From the NCBI GenBank assembly GCA_020891255.1, contig BQFW01000004.1, positions 2,294,001 through 2,358,000 of the forward strand: 64,000 nt of DNA, written 5' to 3'. Source of the stretch: Entomortierella parvispora E1425 (taxonomy: Eukaryota; Fungi; Mortierellomycota). Positions 59,641 to 64,000 of this stretch are shown here, one piece after another. Every line of letters begins with the position of its first letter. Positions within the stretch are counted from its first letter, which is position 1. The position numbers and the translations under genes are program-made. A model generated the notes under the pieces. It worked only from the letters and a program-made list of their open reading frames with translations. It was not told the DNA's origin and made no database searches.

Positions 59641-62600
59641 TGATGAATCCCGCTCAGCCACCACAGGCAATGCCACAACAGCCCATGCCAATGCCTCATG
59701 CATTTGGCCATGATGCTGTCGCCAACCTCTCCCAAGAACAAATCACAGGCGTGCTGACCGTAAGGCTTGCTTCTTTTCGTCCCCCAATGCCATGAAAGAA
59801 CAAAACGAAACGAAAAAGGCTTGGATGATGCTCCAAGAGAGGTGTTAACTGTACAACCTTTCCAATCTATCCTTTGTAGGCCATCCGGAGTATGCACGCT
59901 GCTGGCGCAACGGAGCAAACCAACCCTCAATATGCCCAGCTGATGGGTGTTGTCCGGGCCTACCATGCAGCCCAGAATCAGTCTCAACAGCGGGTCCATG
60001 CTGGCCAAGGGCTGGCACCGTTTCAGCAGCAACAGCAGATGCTTCAGTTGCAGCAACAGCAACAGTTTCAACAACTCCAGCAGCAACAACAGATCCAACT
60101 CCAGCATCTTCAACAACAACAACAACAACAACAGCATCAGCAACCACCCCATGCTGCTGCAGCTTCAGCAGCTTCAGCCAGCGCCGGCGCCCAAAACTCG
60201 CCTTTTTCCGCCGGACAGGTCGCAGATCTGCGATATCAAATTATTGCTTTCAAGCTGATCTCGGCCAACATGGCTGTGCCACCACATTTACAAGAGGCCA
60301 TCTTTACACCAAAATCCGTGGAGGAGGCCCTCAAGCATGCTGGTGAAAACTCGACCACAGCCACAGCCCCTCCCACGGTGGCCGATTTCAACGGATACAC
60401 CTCACCGTACTCGCTCCTCCCCAAGACTGTGTCCCTGGGGGCCCATTCATCGCGCCACCAGCGTCTGCACATCCCAAGCGTCTCGCCTGTTGGAATCGAC
60501 CCCTATGCATTGGCCCAAGAGCGCGACCAACGTCTCAAGAATCGCATCAAGTACCGTATTGACGAACTTGACAACCTTCCTAGCAACATTGCTAGCGAGC
60601 CTCTGGACCCCTCCGCTGGTCTTCTGGACTACGAGAGCAAGGCACCTATGACTGGCCCCAAGCTGAAGGCTTTAATCGAATTAAAGTCTTTGAGACTTTT
60701 GGAAAGACAAAAGAAGGTAAGAGGGAGGAACAAAAACATGAGCAACAGACCCTGCCTTTGGAGATTTAGGCTTTGCTGCGTCCTAGAATGCCAGATGTCC
60801 TAACTCCGTACACGAATAATTATTATTTTGAAACATAGCTCCGGGCAGAACTCGTGAAGGGAATGACAAAGTCGACCATGTTGGCAACATCTGCAGACCG
60901 AGCATCCTACCGCAGACTGAAGAAGCAATCGCTGCGCGAAGCCCGCAACACAGAGAGATTGGAGAGAAAGCAGAGACAGGACCGCGAGGGACGCGAAAAG
61001 CAGAAGCATATGGATTACCTCCAGAGCATCGTCGATCACGGACGGGATATGATCAACTGGCACAGAACTCAGCAGGCCAAGCAGAACAAGCTTGGACGTC
61101 TCGTCCTTCAGTTCCACAGCCATGTCGAGAAGGAAGAGGCCAAGCGTGTGGAGCGCATCTCCAAGGAGCGTCTGAAGGCTTTGAAGAACAACGATGAGGA
61201 GGCCTATATGAAGCTCATCGACCAGGCCAAGGATACTCGTATTACACATCTCTTGCAACAGACGGACTCGTACTTGTCCTCGCTTGCTGAAGCTGTGACG
61301 GCACAACAGAACGACTCTGTGCATACAGATACGGTGACTCGTGGCGGTATCGAGCTCATGGACGATGATGCTGACTTTGACAATGGTGACGGTGAGGACA
61401 ACAGACGCAACGACTATTACAATATTGCCCACAAGATCCAGGAGAGGATCACCAAGCAGCCCACCATCCTGACAGGAGGAACACTCAAGGAGTACCAGAT
61501 GAAGGGTTTGCAGTGGATGGCGTCGCTGTACAACAACCGATTGAACGGAATCTTGGCCGACGAGATGGGATTGGGTAAAACCATTCAGACAATCTCTCTA
61601 ATCACCTTCTTGATCGAAGCCAAGCGTCAAAATGGACCATTCTTGGTCTTGGTTCCTTTGTCGTAAGTAACATGTTAGTTTTCCGCTTTTTTTTTATCCG
61701 GTCCACTTGTGATATATCTGACAAGTATTTTATTCATTTCCTTATAGAACCTTGACCAACTGGACTCTGGAGTTTGAAAAGTGGGCCCCACAAGTATCAA
61801 AGATTGTGTACAAGGGTGTGCCTTCTCAACGTAAACACCTTCAGAACGAGATCAGGCTTCGCAACTTCCAGGTCCTATTGACGACGTACGAGTATGTGAT
61901 CAAGGATAGACCAATTCTGGGCAAGATCAAATGGGTTTACCTCATTATTGATGAAGGTCATCGTCTCAAGAACGCCAACTCGAAGCTGTTCTTGACGTTG
62001 ACTCAGCACTACTCGTCGCGTTACCGTCTCATCTTGACGGGTACTCCGCTGCAGAACAACCTCCCAGAGCTGTGGGCATTGTTGAACATGGTGTTGCCTC
62101 GCGTCTTCAACTCTGCTCAATCGTTTGATGAATGGTTTAATACTCCATTTGCCAACACTGGAGGACAAGACAAGATCGAGCTGAACGAAGAAGAGGCCCT
62201 GCTGATTATTCGCCGTCTGCACAAGGTTCTCCGACCCTTCTTGCTCCGTCGTCTGAAGAAGGACGTCGAGTCTGATTTGCCTGACAAGGTCGAGCATATC
62301 ATCCGCTGCAAGCTCTCACCACTGCAGTTGAAGTTGTACAACCAGATGAAGAAGCATGGCATGCTTTTCACTCAGGGTGGCGAGAAGGGGTAAGAAGGAA
62401 GAGAATTATTGTCAAACAAAGAGCGATCAGGTCTGAAAGAAGGGGTGCTAACCCATTGTTTTTGATTTATTTAGACGCGCCGGAATCAAGGGATTGAACA
62501 ACACCATCATGCAGCTCCGAAAGATTTGCAACCATCCATTTGTTTTCGGAGATGTTGAAAGCATGATCAACCCCTCCAAGAGCAACAACGACAGTATCTG

Positions 62601-64000
62601 GAGAGTTGCTGGAAAATTCGAACTTTTGGACAGGATGTTGCCCAAACTGTATGCTACTGGTCACAGAGTCCTTGTCTTCTTCCAGATGACGGCCATCATG
62701 AACATTATGGAGGATTTCCTGCATTACCGTGGATACACGACCATGCGTCTGGATGGTTCGACAAAGGTACAATGCAGGCGATACTTGATTGCGATACTTT
62801 TTTGAGAGCATGGAAGCTAATTTTTTTTTTTTTTTTTTTTTGGTAGTCTGACGATCGTTCAGCTATGCTCAAACAATTCAACGCCCCCGACTCGCCATAT
62901 TTCATTTTCCTGTTGAGTACACGCGCTGGTGGTCTCGGTCTGAACTTGCAAACTGCCGATACTGTCATCATTTTCGACTCTGATTGGAATCCCCATCAGG
63001 ATCTTCAGGCTCAGGATCGTGCCCATCGTATCGGACAGACAAAGGAAGTTCGTATCTTCCGTTTGGTGACCGAGAAATCAGTGGAGGAGCATATCTTGGC
63101 CCGTGCGCAGTACAAGCTCGAGATTGATGGCAAGGTCATTCAGGCCGGTAAATTCGACAACAAGAGTACAGCAGAGGAACAGGAGTCATTCTTGCGTTCG
63201 CTCCTTGAGAACGACAACAACAAGGAAGAGGACGATGTCGAAGAAGAAGACATGGGAGATGATGAGCTGAACGAGATTGTGGCGCGCTCGGAAGAAGAAA
63301 TGACCGTCTTCAAGAAACTGGATGCTGAGCGGAGAATCAAGGAAGACGAGGAATGGAGGGCAGCAGGTTCGATTAAGCCTCGACAAGAACGACTCATCCA
63401 GGAGTACGAGTTGCCTGAGGTCTACCGCAAGGACGATGATGCACAAATTGAACCCGAGGTTGTAGTTGACTTGGGTCGCGGTCAGAGAGTTCGAGCCGAA
63501 ACCCGCTATGATGACGGCTTGACAGAAGAGCAGTGGGTTGAGGCTCTTGAAGACGAGGATAAGGACGTGAACGAGATTATTGAAGCCAAGGCCGAGCGTC
63601 GTCGCAAGAGGGAGGAGCGTAGACTTTTGAAGGAGGCCGCCGAGGCAGCAGGTGAAGAATTGCCACCAGCGCCCAAGAAGGGCCGTGGCCGAGCAAAGAA
63701 GGCTGCTCAGGATGATGATGAGGAAGAAGAGTCACCGGCTCCTGGAGGTGCCAAGCCCAAGAAGGGTCGTCGCGCACCTAGCAAGGCCGAGGAATCTAAA
63801 GCGCCTGGTGCCCGCGGTCGAAAGCCCAAGAAGTCTGAAGAGGATGCCTTGAGCGAGGATGAGCGCAAGGCTCTGACCAAGGGCTTCGAAGAGTGCTACA
63901 AAGCGGTAGAGGAGAGCACCGAGGAAGACGAGGAAGGCGTCCGGGACCGATGCGAGCTGTTCTTGCGTCTGCCCAGCAAGCGCGATTATCCTGAATACTA
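59641..64000 (+). CDS. SNF2: Snf2/Sth1-class SWI/SNF ATPase (QLQ, HSA, SNF2_N, helicase C, SnAC, bromodomain start), truncated by window end
   Basis: [96 protein letters not shown], bromodomain-like [15 protein letters not shown]. Confidence 0.97.
60025..60141 (+). repeat. Mixed CAG/CAA polyglutamine tract in SNF2
   Basis: [40 protein letters not shown], a periodic Q5 + hydrophobic pattern. Confidence 0.9.

Noticed and set aside
60800-62371. Minus-strand ORFs of 84-210 aa overlapping SNF2
   Set aside because: Antisense shadows of a conserved, codon-biased gene.

Overview
Eukaryotic, intron-containing, gene-dense fungal DNA. Gene content, short GT-AG introns with CTAAC/CTGAC branch points and an F-box/LRR gene fit an early-diverging Mortierellaceae-like fungus (inference). 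About 21 spliced or intronless protein-coding genes were assembled by eye. Left half: an orphan multi-exon gene, a Gag1-like clamp (DUF4050) protein, a Lines homologue, a GATA zinc-finger factor, ATP synthase subunit e, a TKL kinase-ankyrin protein, a Dcr2-type metallophosphoesterase, a 10x CCHC zinc-knuckle protein, a secreted BBE-like FAD oxidase and an arrestin-domain protein. Right half: TMX2, UXS1, an RRM+2xZnK SR protein, SMARCC/Swi3, an F-box/LRR protein, coatomer epsilon, a frameshifted GT10 fucosyltransferase, an Mtf2-like protein, a WW-MyTH4-RhoGAP, a double-forkhead protein and a Snf2/Sth1 ATPase cut by the window end. I saw no rRNA, tRNA, CRISPR array or transposon. The best leads are a ~150-nt structured element in the long first intron of ATP synthase e, a plant RS2Z-like SR protein with candidate alternative last exons, a two-forkhead protein with degenerate recognition helices, a TGCACCC motif cluster, a GT10 frameshift and two unannotated small spliced ORFs. 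I cannot demonstrate a single new multi-gene system. Family calls come from remembered motifs, not searches, and spliced-gene coordinates are manual estimates.
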